The notes under the pieces were generated by a model. The model made no database searches. It saw only the letters and a list, made by a program, of their open reading frames with translations, and had not been told where the DNA came from. Below are positions 1 through 9,342 of a stretch of 64,000 nucleotides of DNA, in pieces. Location: NCBI GenBank assembly GCA_947313885.1, contig CAMZNU010000005.1:14025-78024 (forward strand), read 5' to 3'. Every line of letters begins with the position of its first letter. The first letter of the stretch is position 1. The DNA is from an uncultured Clostridia bacterium. Its GTDB lineage: Bacteria > Bacillota > Clostridia > Lachnospirales > CAMZNU01. The position numbers and the translations under genes are program-made.

Positions 1-18
1 TAAATAAAAGAGAAAATA

Positions 19-144
19 ATGAAACAAATAAAAGGGATACTATCAGTAGTAGTAGTAACAGTAATATTAACAGTAGGTGGGTCATACGTATTAAAAGAAT
101 TTTTCGACATGCCAACAATAGTATCAGAATTTTTAGGATTTTAG
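19..144 (+). CDS. possible 41-aa small membrane peptide (MKQIKGILSVVVVTVILTVGGSYVLKEFFDMPTIVSEFLGF)
   Basis: ATG-to-TAG ORF below the ORF-track cutoff; one hydrophobic helix; strong terminator immediately downstream; weak RBS. Confidence 0.25.
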   Translation: MKQIKGILSVVVVTVILTVGGSYVLKEFFDMPTIVSEFLGF

Positions 145-150
145 AGAAAA

Positions 151-185
151 AAGCTACCGTAAAGTATTTACGGTAGCTTTTTTTA
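151..185 (+). terminator. rho-independent terminator
   Basis: perfect 12-bp stem AAGCTACCGTAA / TTACGGTAGCTT followed by a T-run. Confidence 0.75.
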
Positions 186-294
186 TGTAGAATAATAGAA
201 AATTTTTAAAAAAAATGATATAATTAATTAAACAAAATTACTACAATTTAAAAAATATAAGTGTATTTATAATGTATGAGAGGGGGGTAATAAA

Positions 295-453
295 ATGTCA
301 AAAAATAAAAAAGGAGCAATTAAAGTGGAAGGTAAAAAACTAAAAATACTTTCAGATGGTTTACATGAAGAAAAATATATTTATTTATCAGATAATATAA
401 AGCATGAATGTGAAAATAGTCTAGCGGACATAATTAGAAACTGGATTAGATAA
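295..453 (+). CDS. hypothetical 52-aa protein (MSKNKKGAIKVEGKKLKILSDGLHEEKYIYLSDNIKHECENSLADIIRNWIR)
   Basis: ORF below track cutoff; G-rich RBS (gagagggggg) upstream; palindromic hairpin TGGTCGAATTCGACCA plus T-run at 499-520. Confidence 0.4.
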   Translation: MSKNKKGAIKVEGKKLKILSDGLHEEKYIYLSDNIKHECENSLADIIRNWIR

Positions 454-570
454 AATTTTTAGGATTTGGAAACTATACATAATAATGAAAATTTTAAACT
501 GGTCGAATTCGACCATTTTAAAAAGAGTAAGGAATATTATTTTGAATAAAAGTTAATTAGGGGGAAAATA

Positions 571-1122
571 ATGAAAAGAGAAGATGCATTAGAATTATTA
601 AAGGAACATGTAAAGGAAAACAGAATTTTTAAACATTCACTAGCTGTTGAGGGGGCAATGATTGCTTATGCTAAAAAATTTGGAGAAGATGAAAAAAGAT
701 TTGGACTTATTGGATTACTACACGATATAGATTTTGAAAAATATCCAGAAGTGCATCCAGCAAAAGCACCAGAGTTATTAGCAACATGTAATTTTGATAA
801 TGATTTTATAGATACTATATTATCCCATGGAATAGATTCACACGTAAAAAGAGATACGTTGGAAAGGAAATGTTTACATGGAGTAGATGAAATGGCAAGT
901 TTCATAATAGCAGTAGGACTTATGAGACCTACAAAGTTAGAAGGATTAAAAGGTAAATCAGTAAAAAAGAAAATGAAAGATAAGGCTTTTGCAAAGGCTG
1001 TTAATAGAGAAGAAATGATTAATGCAATGGAAAATATGGAAGTAGAGTTTAATGATCATATTGATACGATAGTAGAAGGACTTATTGAACATGAGAAGCG
1101 AATAGGTGTAACATTTTGTTAA
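571..1122 (+). CDS. HD-domain metal-dependent phosphohydrolase
   Basis: H...LLHDID motif and size typical of small HD/HDIG hydrolases; GGGGG RBS. Confidence 0.75.
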   Translation: MKREDALELLKEHVKENRIFKHSLAVEGAMIAYAKKFGEDEKRFGLIGLLHDIDFEKYPEVHPAKAPELLATCNFDNDFIDTILSHGIDSHVKRDTLERKCLHGVDEMASFIIAVGLMRPTKLEGLKGKSVKKKMKDKAFAKAVNREEMINAMENMEVEFNDHIDTIVEGLIEHEKRIGVTFC

Positions 1123-1143
1123 CATTTTACTATATTAAAAAAA

Positions 1144-1170
1144 AGAGTGAGTAGTATCACTCTTTTTTTT
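1144..1170 (+). terminator. rho-independent terminator
   Basis: stem AGAGTGA / TCACTCT followed by T8. Confidence 0.7.
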
Positions 1171-1172
1171 AA

Positions 1173-1233
1173 TCAATAAGTTTATTTTGAAAAAAATCAA
1201 TAAGTTTATTTTGGAAAAAATCAATAAGTTTAC
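1173..1233. repeat. 24-bp tandem direct repeat, 2.5 copies (tcaataagtttattttgRaaaaaa)
   Basis: copies start at 1173, 1197 and 1221; copies 1 and 2 differ at one base; copy 3 is truncated and supplies the -35-like TTTACA. Confidence 0.9.
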
Positions 1234-1257
1234 AGCAAAAAATATATATGCTACAAT
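1229..1257 (+). promoter_or_regulatory. sigmaA-type promoter for the TauE-family gene
   Basis: TTTACA, 17-nt spacer, TACAAT with TG at the extended -10 position. Confidence 0.55.
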
Positions 1258-1287
1258 TTATAAAATTAAATGAGGGGGAGTAATATA

Positions 1288-2091
1288 ATGGGATTAACAA
1301 TAATAATGTATGTAGTAGCAGGACTTTTAGCAGGAGTAGTGACGGGATTAGCAGGGGCATCAGCGGCAACAGTAGTAACGCCAATTTTAGTTGCTTTCGG
1401 AGGAATACCAGTATATACGGCAATAACAGTTAGTTTATTTTCAGATGTGCTAGCATCAGGAGTATCGGCAGTTACGTATTATAAAAATGGAAATATAAAG
1501 TTACAAGATGGAAAATATTTAGCAATATTTTCAGTAATAGGTTCAGTAATAGGTAGTTATTTAGGTTCTTTAGTGTCGGGAGATTCTTTAGGTAGCATGA
1601 CGGCGGTATTTATAGTGTATGTGGGAATTAGTTTTATTAAAAAGTCAATTAAATTAAAAAAAGAATTAGATCTAGGAATAGAGAAAGAAGAAGAAGTAAA
1701 AGAAAGTAAAATTAAAAAACATAAGACGTTAGCAACTATAGGACTTGGATTATTAATAGGTATAGTAGCAGGGTTTATAGGTGCAGGCGGTGGGTTAATG
1801 ATATTATTAATTTTAACGTCAGTGTTAGGGTTTGATACTAAATCAGCAATAGGGACATCAGTATTTATAATGGCATTTACGGCATTAAGTGGTGGACTTG
1901 CACATATACCACAATTAGAAGTGAATACAGAATTTTATATAGCGATAGTAGTAACAAGCGTTTTTGCAGTAATAGGTGCAAAAGTTGCAGCAGTTATTGC
2001 AAACAAAGTAGAAGAATATATATTGTTAAGATTAGTAGCAGGTACATTTTTAACGTTATCGTTAATAATGATAATAAAAACTGTATTTTAA
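1288..2091 (+). CDS. TauE/SafE (TSUP) family anion exporter permease
   Basis: multi-TM protein with duplicated G-rich helices (GLAGASAAT, GFIGAGGGLM); start moved to ATG 1288 behind the GAGGGGGAG RBS. Confidence 0.8.
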   Translation: MGLTIIMYVVAGLLAGVVTGLAGASAATVVTPILVAFGGIPVYTAITVSLFSDVLASGVSAVTYYKNGNIKLQDGKYLAIFSVIGSVIGSYLGSLVSGDSLGSMTAVFIVYVGISFIKKSIKLKKELDLGIEKEEEVKESKIKKHKTLATIGLGLLIGIVAGFIGAGGGLMILLILTSVLGFDTKSAIGTSVFIMAFTALSGGLAHIPQLEVNTEFYIAIVVTSVFAVIGAKVAAVIANKVEEYILLRLVAGTFLTLSLIMIIKTVF

Positions 2092-2126
2092 AATAAAGTA
2101 TATAAAAAATAATATGTAGGAGAGTT

Positions 2127-2792
2127 ATGAAAAATAAAAAAATAATAAATATATTAGCAGTTGTTATATTGTTGTGGAATACAACGGTATATAGTTGTAC
2201 GTTACACACATATGGACCTGTAATACCACCAGAGCATTATAAAGATACGTATTATTTTGAGTATATGGTAGGAGAAAGTAAAAGTTTTATTTATATAGCA
2301 ACGTCGACGGATTTCATATGGATAGAAAACCCGTTTAGTGTATTCGGTTTATATATGATGGATTATGAAGAGATAGAAAGTATAGAGCAAGAAGAAGTTG
2401 AAAAAAATAAAGTAATTATAAAGATGAAAGATGGAAGTGAAAAAATAATAAATACAGAAAAACAAGAGGAAGAAGAGGATAATGTTTTAATAGGAAAAAT
2501 AGAAAACGATACGTTGTATTTAGATATAAAACCAGAATATGAGTATTTATACGATGAAAGTTATTATAATGAAAAAGTGGAACAAACGATAGAGAAGTAC
2601 GGTAAGAGTAGGAAGATAGATTATAAGTTAGCAAGTGAATTAACAAAAAACAATGTAGACCATAAATTAAAAACGACTACTACGGATAAAAATAATGATC
2701 AATTAAAATATATGATGACAGCGATTGTAGTAGTTGGCATAGGTATAGTTATATTAATTGTGAAGTTAAAAGGAAGTAAAAATGAATATTAA
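2127..2792 (+). CDS. hypothetical exported/membrane-anchored acidic protein, translationally coupled to the metal ABC transporter
   Basis: N-terminal signal-like helix ending VYSC (possible lipobox) and C-terminal TM helix; 11-nt overlap with the next gene. Confidence 0.6.
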   Translation: MKNKKIINILAVVILLWNTTVYSCTLHTYGPVIPPEHYKDTYYFEYMVGESKSFIYIATSTDFIWIENPFSVFGLYMMDYEEIESIEQEEVEKNKVIIKMKDGSEKIINTEKQEEEEDNVLIGKIENDTLYLDIKPEYEYLYDESYYNEKVEQTIEKYGKSRKIDYKLASELTKNNVDHKLKTTTTDKNNDQLKYMMTAIVVVGIGIVILIVKLKGSKNEY

Positions 2793-3435
2793 AGTTAAAA
2801 ACTTAAAGTGCGTTTATGGTGAAGAAGAAATATTAAGAGATATAAATTTTGAAATAGATAAAGAAGAAATATTGATAATAAAAGGAAGTAACGGTACAGG
2901 GAAGAGTACATTAATGAACTGTATTATAGGGGAGAAAAAAATAAAAGAAGGCAATATATATTTTAATGATGTAAGTGTAGATAATTTTAAAAGATGGGAT
3001 AATATTGGATTTATGCCACAAAAAATAGAAGTATCTAAATTTCCAATAGACGTGTATGAATTTTTAAAAGTTTTTGAAAAGCACAATTCGGACGATGAAG
3101 TAAAAAAAATAATAAAGGAATTTAAATTAGAGGAAATACAAAAGCTAAAGTTGTCGGTATTAAGTGGAGGACAAAAGAAAAAAGTATATATGGCAAGAGC
3201 GGTATTAAATAATCCTAAATTATTAGTACTAGATGAACCGTTATCAGGAGTTGATGAAAGTAGTAAAATAGAGTTAATAAATATAATTGAGAAATTAAAA
3301 AATAGCGGTATGACAATAGTAATAGTTAGTCATAATTATAATTATTTTAAAGAAATAATAACACATGTTTTAGTTTTAGAAAATAATGAAACTTTTTTCG
3401 GCATTAAAAAGGAATTTGAAAAATGGACGTTATAA
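2782..3435 (+). CDS. znuC: metal (Zn/Mn-type) ABC transporter ATP-binding protein
   Basis: Walker A GSNGTGKST, signature LSGGQKKK, Walker B LLVLDEP; operon with ABC-3 permease and TroA-like binding protein. Confidence 0.85.
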   Translation: MNIKVKNLKCVYGEEEILRDINFEIDKEEILIIKGSNGTGKSTLMNCIIGEKKIKEGNIYFNDVSVDNFKRWDNIGFMPQKIEVSKFPIDVYEFLKVFEKHNSDDEVKKIIKEFKLEEIQKLKLSVLSGGQKKKVYMARAVLNNPKLLVLDEPLSGVDESSKIELINIIEKLKNSGMTIVIVSHNYNYFKEIITHVLVLENNETFFGIKKEFEKWTL

Positions 3436-4253
3436 AATTAATAATTGAATATGAATTTTTAAGAAATGCTTATTTAGTAGGTGTCATAGTAGGAATAATT
3501 TTACCTACGGTAGGAATGTTCGTAGTACCAAGAAATAAATCAATGAGTATAATGAGTATGTCATATATAAGCGTCACAGGTGTTACGTTTTCAATGTTGC
3601 TAGCAAAAAAAGGAATAGCCTATATAAACCCGTTACATATGGCTATTCTTTTTTCGATAGTTAGCGGTATTTTATTAGAAGGATTAACAAAGAAAATAAA
3701 AAATTTAGAAGATGTTGGGATACCGATAATAATAAGTGGAAGTACAGCAATAATGATGATATTTATAAGTTTATCAGATGGATTTAATCAAGATGTTAAA
3801 GGTTATTTGTTTGGTGAAATTTTGACAACGACGAGATATGAAGTGATTATACTTTTTACAATAGGGTTATTTATTATAGTAGGTGTAATTAAAAACTACG
3901 ATAAGTATGTAGCGTTTATAATAGACGAGAGGTATTGTAAGTTTAGTAATATAAATATAATAAGGAAAAAATATTTGTTTGCAACAATGTTAAGTGTAGT
4001 AGTAGCAATATCAGTAAAAGCTGTGGGAATGATGTTAGTAACGGCTTTAGTAGTTTTGCCAGTGGCATCAGCATCTAAAATAAGTAGATCATTTAAAAAA
4101 ACGTATATAGTAAGTATATTAATATCGGAGATATGTATGATATTAGGATTAACAATGTCGTATTATTTAGATTTACCTAGTAGTGCAGTAGTAATAATAA
4201 TAAATTTAATAGTGTTTATAATATCATTAAAAGTAGGGGGAGTAGATGCTTAA
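3423..4253 (+). CDS. znuB: metal ABC transporter permease (ABC-3 family)
   Basis: polytopic membrane protein of ZnuB/TroC size; overlaps the ATPase gene. Confidence 0.8.
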   Translation: MDVIKLIIEYEFLRNAYLVGVIVGIILPTVGMFVVPRNKSMSIMSMSYISVTGVTFSMLLAKKGIAYINPLHMAILFSIVSGILLEGLTKKIKNLEDVGIPIIISGSTAIMMIFISLSDGFNQDVKGYLFGEILTTTRYEVIILFTIGLFIIVGVIKNYDKYVAFIIDERYCKFSNINIIRKKYLFATMLSVVVAISVKAVGMMLVTALVVLPVASASKISRSFKKTYIVSILISEICMILGLTMSYYLDLPSSAVVIIINLIVFIISLKVGGVDA

Positions 4254-4335
4254 AGAAATTTTAAATAAAGGTTCTATTATATGGAGTATAGCTTTTATAA
4301 TTATTTGTGTAGTTGTAGTTTTATTTAGTATGTAG
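4246..4335 (+). CDS. possible 29-aa single-TM peptide (MLKEILNKGSIIWSIAFIIICVVVVLFSM)
   Basis: ORF overlapping the znuB stop; GGGGGAG just upstream; one hydrophobic helix. Confidence 0.3.
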   Translation: MLKEILNKGSIIWSIAFIIICVVVVLFSM

Positions 4336-4343
4336 GAGAAAAA

Positions 4344-5267
4344 ATGAAAAAAAAATTATTTGTAATAATATTAATATGTAGTACATTAATATTATTTTTT
4401 CTTAATAGAGGAGAAGAAGAAGGCAATGTAAATAGTGGAATTATAAACACAACAATTTATCCTATACAATATTTAACAGAGCAGTTAATAGGAGAGCATG
4501 TAGAAGTTGTATCAGTTGTGCCACTTGGTAGTAATCCGCATTACTATATACCGACTCAAAAACAGCTTGTTGAAATAGCACATAGTGATATGTATATATA
4601 TTTTGGATTAGGGTTAGAAGGTAGTTTAGAAAATCAAGAAGAGGTTTTTAAAAATGAAAAAGTAAAAGTAATAGAAATAGGTAAAAAAATTAATTTAGAA
4701 ACTATGGGCATAGAAGAAGAACATGAAGAACATGAAGAACATGAACATAATACAAATTTACATATATGGATAGATCCTATAAAAATGATAGAAATGGGAG
4801 AAGTAATAAAAGAAGAGTTGGAAGAACAATATCCAAAACTTAAAAAAGAAATAGAAAATAACTTCATAGAGTTATCAGAAAAATTAAAAGAGTTAGATGA
4901 GAAGTATATGGAAAAATTAAAAGATAGGAAGAGAGACTATTTTATAGTTAGTCATGATGCATTTGGTCACCTAGAAAAATACGGAATAAAATCTATACCA
5001 GTAAAAGATGAATCAGATTCTAAAGATCCGACCATAAAAGAGATGGAAGAAATTTTAAAAAAAGGAAGAAGTGAAAAAATAGATTACGTAGTATATGAGA
5101 ATAACATACCGTGTTTACCGCTAGAAGTAATAAAAAAAGAGTTAGAGGCAGAGAAAGTAGTAATGTCAAATGTAAGTGTATTATCAGCAGATGAATATGG
5201 ACAGCAATTAGATTATGTAGATGTTATGGAGAAAAATTTAGAAATATTAAAATCAATATTAAATTAA
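4344..5267 (+). CDS. znuA: metal ABC transporter substrate-binding protein (ZnuA/TroA family) with His/Glu-rich loop
   Basis: signal helix; EEEHEEHEEHEH loop characteristic of zinc-specific ZnuA/AdcA; operon context. Confidence 0.8.
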   Translation: MKKKLFVIILICSTLILFFLNRGEEEGNVNSGIINTTIYPIQYLTEQLIGEHVEVVSVVPLGSNPHYYIPTQKQLVEIAHSDMYIYFGLGLEGSLENQEEVFKNEKVKVIEIGKKINLETMGIEEEHEEHEEHEHNTNLHIWIDPIKMIEMGEVIKEELEEQYPKLKKEIENNFIELSEKLKELDEKYMEKLKDRKRDYFIVSHDAFGHLEKYGIKSIPVKDESDSKDPTIKEMEEILKKGRSEKIDYVVYENNIPCLPLEVIKKELEAEKVVMSNVSVLSADEYGQQLDYVDVMEKNLEILKSILN

Positions 5268-5357
5268 AAAATAAAAATATATTTATTTTTATAAAAATAT
5301 GTGATATAATTTTATAAAGTAAAAAGATTATGGGAAGTAACTTATGGAGGAAAAAAT

Positions 5358-6644
5358 ATGAGTAAGTCAACATTAGAATTGTTAGGTAATAACGAAGTTA
5401 AAATAACATTTACAATTTCAAGTGAAAATTTTGAAAAAGGAATACAAAAAGCGTATTTAGATAATAGATCTAGAGTAGACATACAGGGGTTTAGAAAAGG
5501 GAAAGCACCAAGACAAATAGTAGAAAAAATGTATGGAGCAGAATTTTATCATGAAGATGGTTTAAACAATGTGTTACCAGAAGCGTATGGGAAAGCAATA
5601 GAAGAACATGAATTAAATATAGTATCAAGACCGAATATAAATGTTGTAAGTTCTACAAAAGAAGATGGGGTAGTAGTAGAAGCAACAGTATTTGTTAAAC
5701 CAGAAGTAACAGTTAAAGATTATAAAGGTGTGGAGATAGAAAAAGTAGAAGAAAAAATATTAGCAAAAGACGTTAATAAAAAATTAGAAGAAGAAGCAGA
5801 AAAAAATTCAAGAACAGAAGAAGTTAAAAGAGGGGTAAAAGTAAAGGACATAGTAAACTTAAACTTTGAGGGTTTTGTAGATGGAGAAGCATTCGAAGGT
5901 GGAAAAGGTGAAAACTTTGACTTAACTATAGGTTCTAATACATTTATAGATACATTTGAAGATCAGTTAGTAGGATTAAAAGCAGGTGAAGAAAAAGAAG
6001 TTAATGTAACATTTCCAAAAGATTACGGTCAAGCTAATTTAGCAAACAAAAAAGCTATGTTTAAAGTTAAAATAAATACAGTAAAAACAAAAACATTACC
6101 GAAAATAGATGATGAGTTTGCAAAAGATTTTTCAGAATTCGAAACAATAAAAGAATATAAAGCTAGCATTAAAAAAGAATTACAAGTAGCGAAAAAAGAA
6201 ACAGCTAAAAGAGAACGTGAAAATAAAATAGTAGAAAAATTAATAGAAAAAACAAAATTTGATATACCAGAGGCAATGATAGAAAACCAAGTGGATAATC
6301 ACATAAGAGATTATGCACAACAATTAAAATCACAAGGGTTAGAGCTTGAAATGTACCTTGAGTACATGGGTCAAACTATTGAAAGTTTAAGAGAAGTTTA
6401 TAAAGTGGATGCAGAAAAACAAGTGAGAGGAAGATTGATTTTAGAAGCTATATCAAAAGCCGAAAATTTTGAAATCAAAGAAGAAGAAGTTGATAAAGAG
6501 TTAACACGTATATCAGAGGTGTATAAAATGCCAATAGAAAATCTTAAAAAGGCTATGAGACCAGAAGATATAGAAGGATTAAAAGCAGATTTAAAAACAC
6601 AAAAAGCATTAGAATTATTAGTAAGTACTGTAAAAGAAATATAG
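5358..6644 (+). CDS. tig: trigger factor
   Basis: GFRKGKAPR ribosome-binding motif, FKBP-type middle domain, tig-clpP-clpX synteny. Confidence 0.95.
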   Translation: MSKSTLELLGNNEVKITFTISSENFEKGIQKAYLDNRSRVDIQGFRKGKAPRQIVEKMYGAEFYHEDGLNNVLPEAYGKAIEEHELNIVSRPNINVVSSTKEDGVVVEATVFVKPEVTVKDYKGVEIEKVEEKILAKDVNKKLEEEAEKNSRTEEVKRGVKVKDIVNLNFEGFVDGEAFEGGKGENFDLTIGSNTFIDTFEDQLVGLKAGEEKEVNVTFPKDYGQANLANKKAMFKVKINTVKTKTLPKIDDEFAKDFSEFETIKEYKASIKKELQVAKKETAKRERENKIVEKLIEKTKFDIPEAMIENQVDNHIRDYAQQLKSQGLELEMYLEYMGQTIESLREVYKVDAEKQVRGRLILEAISKAENFEIKEEEVDKELTRISEVYKMPIENLKKAMRPEDIEGLKADLKTQKALELLVSTVKEI

Positions 6645-6657
6645 TAAATAATAAAAA

Positions 6658-6692
6658 AGCTGTATCATTTTAATATGATACAGCTATAATTA
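6658..6692 (+). terminator. hairpin after tig (weak or partial terminator)
   Basis: 11-bp stem AGCTGTATCAT / ATGATACAGCT, but only an interrupted T-rich tail. Confidence 0.45.
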
Positions 6693-6775
6693 TTTAAAGA
6701 CGAAAAGACAAAAAATGACAAAAAAGTACAAAAAAGACAAGAAAAATATTTTAATTTAAAAAGGAGGATACAATT

Positions 6776-7363
6776 ATGGCATTAGTACCTTATGTAATAG
6801 AGCAAACAGGACGTGGTGAACGTTCGTATGATATATATTCAAGACTGTTAAAAGATAGGATAATATTTTTCGCAGATGAAGTAAATGATGCAACGGCAAG
6901 TGTAATAATAGCACAATTATTATTTTTAGCAGCTGACGATCCAGAGAAAGATATACATTTATATATAAATAGTCCAGGAGGGTCGATATCAGCAGGTATG
7001 GCAATATATGACACAATGCAATATATAAAACCAGACGTATCAACGATATGTGTAGGAATGGCGGCGAGTATGGGAGCATTTTTATTATCAGGAGGAGCAA
7101 AGGGTAAAAGATTTGCATTACCAAATTCAGAAGTAATGATACATCAGCCATTAGGTGGAGCAAGAGGGCAAGCGTCAGATGTTAGAATTGCAGCGGAGAG
7201 ACTTGTCAAAATGAAAGATAAATTAAATAAAATGTTAGCCGAAAACACAGGACAGAGTGTAGAACGATTAGAAAAAGATACAGATAGAGATAATTTTTTA
7301 ACGGCTGAAGAAGCGAAAGAGTATGGATTAATAGATGCTGTAATAAGTAAAATAAAAGGTTAG
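6776..7363 (+). CDS. clpP: ATP-dependent Clp protease proteolytic subunit
   Basis: canonical ClpP sequence ([11 protein letters not shown] active-site Ser region, MIHQPLGG). Confidence 0.97.
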   Translation: MALVPYVIEQTGRGERSYDIYSRLLKDRIIFFADEVNDATASVIIAQLLFLAADDPEKDIHLYINSPGGSISAGMAIYDTMQYIKPDVSTICVGMAASMGAFLLSGGAKGKRFALPNSEVMIHQPLGGARGQASDVRIAAERLVKMKDKLNKMLAENTGQSVERLEKDTDRDNFLTAEEAKEYGLIDAVISKIKG

Positions 7364-7371
7364 GTGCAATA

Positions 7372-8859
7372 ATGTCAAAAAATAAAAATAATAACGACGG
7401 TATAAATAAAGAAGAGGTAGTATGTTCATTTTGCGGTAAAGATGCAAGTAATGTAGTAATGATAGTTAAGGGGTTAAACAACACATATTTATGTAATGAA
7501 TGTGTGAAGAGAAGTAAATTAACTATGGAAAATGAAGCTAATAAAATGTATTTAAAATTTATAGAAGAAACAAATGGTGCAGATAGGGAAGTAGCTATGC
7601 AAATGAGAAAAAGTATAGATGGGATGTTTGCAGACACATTAACAGAAGATAAGGCGACTACGTTAGAGGAACTAGAAGCATTAGAGGAATTAGAGGAATT
7701 AGATGAATTAGAGGAGTTCGAAGAGTATGGGGAAAAGGTAGAAATAGACTTACCAAGACCTAAGGAAATGAAAGAACATTTAGATCAATATGTTATAGGA
7801 CAAGAAGATGCGAAAAAAGTATTATCAGTAGCTGTATATAATCACTATAAAAGATTAAAAACGTCAGAAAATGGATCTGATGAAGCAGTTGAGTTACAAA
7901 AAAGTAATATACTAATGATAGGGTCAACGGGATCAGGAAAAACTTTTTTAGCACAGTCATTAGCAAAAGAATTAAATGTACCATTTGCAATAGCAGATGC
8001 GACAACGTTAACGGAAGCGGGATATGTTGGAGACGATGTAGAAAATATATTAGTAAAGTTATTACAGTCGGCGGATTATGATGTTAAAAAAGCAGAGCAA
8101 GGCATAATATATTTAGATGAGATAGACAAAATAGCGAGAAAATCAGAAAACACATCAATAACACGAGATGTATCAGGGGAAGGTGTACAACAAGCGATAT
8201 TAAAAATATTAGAAGGAACACAATCATCAGTACCACCACAAGGTGGGAGAAAACATCCGATGCAAGAGCTTATAACAATAGATACAACTAATATATTGTT
8301 TATATGTGGCGGTTCATTTGCTGGGATAGAAAAAGATATAGAGAGAAGAATAAATAAAAAACATATAGGGTTTAAAAAAAGTGAAGATGTAGGTGATGAG
8401 GTAACAAAAGTTGACATTTTAAAAAGAGTAACCCAAAGAGACTTGCAAAAATTTGGATTAATTCCAGAATTAATAGGAAGGTTACCAGTGATAACAACAT
8501 TAGATGCGTTGGATGAATCGGCATTAATAAAAATATTAACAGAGCCTAAAAATGCTATAATCAAACAATATAAATATAAAATGTCGTTAGAAGGTGTAAA
8601 ATTAGAGTTTGAATATGATGCATTGGTAGCCATTGCAAAAAAGAGTTTAGCATTGGGGACGGGGGCAAGAGGATTAAAAGCTATAATAGAAAATATTATG
8701 TTAGATATTATGTATGAAGTGCCAAGCGATAGTACAATAGAAGAAGTAACGATAACAAAAGGTGTTATTGAAAATGGAGAAAACCCAATTATAACGAGAA
8801 ACGAGAAAGAAATAGAAAGTAGAGAAAGAATGACGTTAACAGTAATAAGGAAAAAATAA
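7372..8859 (+). CDS. clpX: ATP-dependent Clp protease ATP-binding subunit ClpX, with ~70-aa insertion after the zinc-binding domain
   Basis: CSFCGK...CNEC zinc ribbon, Walker A GSTGSGKT, Walker [14 protein letters not shown] pore loop. Confidence 0.95.
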   Translation: MSKNKNNNDGINKEEVVCSFCGKDASNVVMIVKGLNNTYLCNECVKRSKLTMENEANKMYLKFIEETNGADREVAMQMRKSIDGMFADTLTEDKATTLEELEALEELEELDELEEFEEYGEKVEIDLPRPKEMKEHLDQYVIGQEDAKKVLSVAVYNHYKRLKTSENGSDEAVELQKSNILMIGSTGSGKTFLAQSLAKELNVPFAIADATTLTEAGYVGDDVENILVKLLQSADYDVKKAEQGIIYLDEIDKIARKSENTSITRDVSGEGVQQAILKILEGTQSSVPPQGGRKHPMQELITIDTTNILFICGGSFAGIEKDIERRINKKHIGFKKSEDVGDEVTKVDILKRVTQRDLQKFGLIPELIGRLPVITTLDALDESALIKILTEPKNAIIKQYKYKMSLEGVKLEFEYDALVAIAKKSLALGTGARGLKAIIENIMLDIMYEVPSDSTIEEVTITKGVIENGENPIITRNEKEIESRERMTLTVIRKK

Positions 8860-8904
8860 AAAGATAAAAAAATAAATATATTGCAATAAAAAAGTAAATA
8901 TAAA

Positions 8905-8933
8905 TTGACAAAAATAAAATAATTTGATAGTAT
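8905..8933 (+). promoter_or_regulatory. sigmaA-type promoter of the rplU operon
   Basis: TTGACA, 17 nt, TAGTAT preceded by TG. Confidence 0.55.
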
Positions 8934-9026
8934 AAGTAAGTGTTTTAATGCACGTAACCGCACGTTTAAGTGAACATATTTAATATGTACGATAACGGCG
9001 AGACTTAATTATGAGGAGGTGTACAG
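8934..9026 (+). promoter_or_regulatory. structured 5' leader of rplU (candidate L21 leader)
   Basis: ~90-nt untranslated leader with hairpin ACATAT-tta-ATATGT (8974-8988); Firmicute rplU-prp-rpmA operons are known to carry an L21 leader; not verified against a covariance model. Confidence 0.35.
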
Positions 9027-9338
9027 ATGTACGCAATTATTGAAACAGGTGGTAAGCAATACAAAGTAACAGAAGGTTCTGTTATTAAGGTAGAAAAATT
9101 AAAAGTAGAAGCTGGAGAAACTGTAACTTTTGATAAAGTTTTATTAGTAGAAGATGGTGGAAAGATTAAAGTTGGAAAACCTTATTTAGAAGGAACAACT
9201 GTAACAGCAGATGTTATAGGTGATGGGAAAAATAAAAAGGTTATTATTTATAAATATAAACCGAAAAAAGGTTTCCATAAGAAAAAAGGTCACAGACAAC
9301 CATTTACACAATTAACAATTGGAAAAATAAACGCATAA
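9027..9338 (+). CDS. rplU: 50S ribosomal protein L21
   Basis: [15 protein letters not shown]-terminus. Confidence 0.97.
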   Translation: MYAIIETGGKQYKVTEGSVIKVEKLKVEAGETVTFDKVLLVEDGGKIKVGKPYLEGTTVTADVIGDGKNKKVIIYKYKPKKGFHKKKGHRQPFTQLTIGKINA

Positions 9339-9342
9339 TCAC

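Noticed and set aside
1173-1233. Tandem 24-bp repeats as a possible CRISPR or minisatellite
   Set aside because: The copies are directly adjacent with no spacers, there are only 2.5 of them, and no cas genes are present. The position relative to the promoter suggests a regulatory or duplication origin.
4713-4748. Repetitive GAA/CAT DNA encoding EEEHEEHEEHEH
   Set aside because: This is the expected His/acidic metal-recruiting loop of ZnuA/AdcA-type zinc-binding proteins, not an anomaly.
8076-8963. Long antisense ORFs in the track (295 aa opposite clpX; also 23166-23831, 27466-28092, 50472-51350, 43807-44199 and many shorter ones)
   Set aside because: All lie antisense to genes with unmistakable conserved motifs. 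They encode Ser/Phe/Leu/Ile-rich low-complexity sequence and lack RBSs. They are the expected by-product of purine-rich (GAA/AAA) sense codons in AT-rich DNA.
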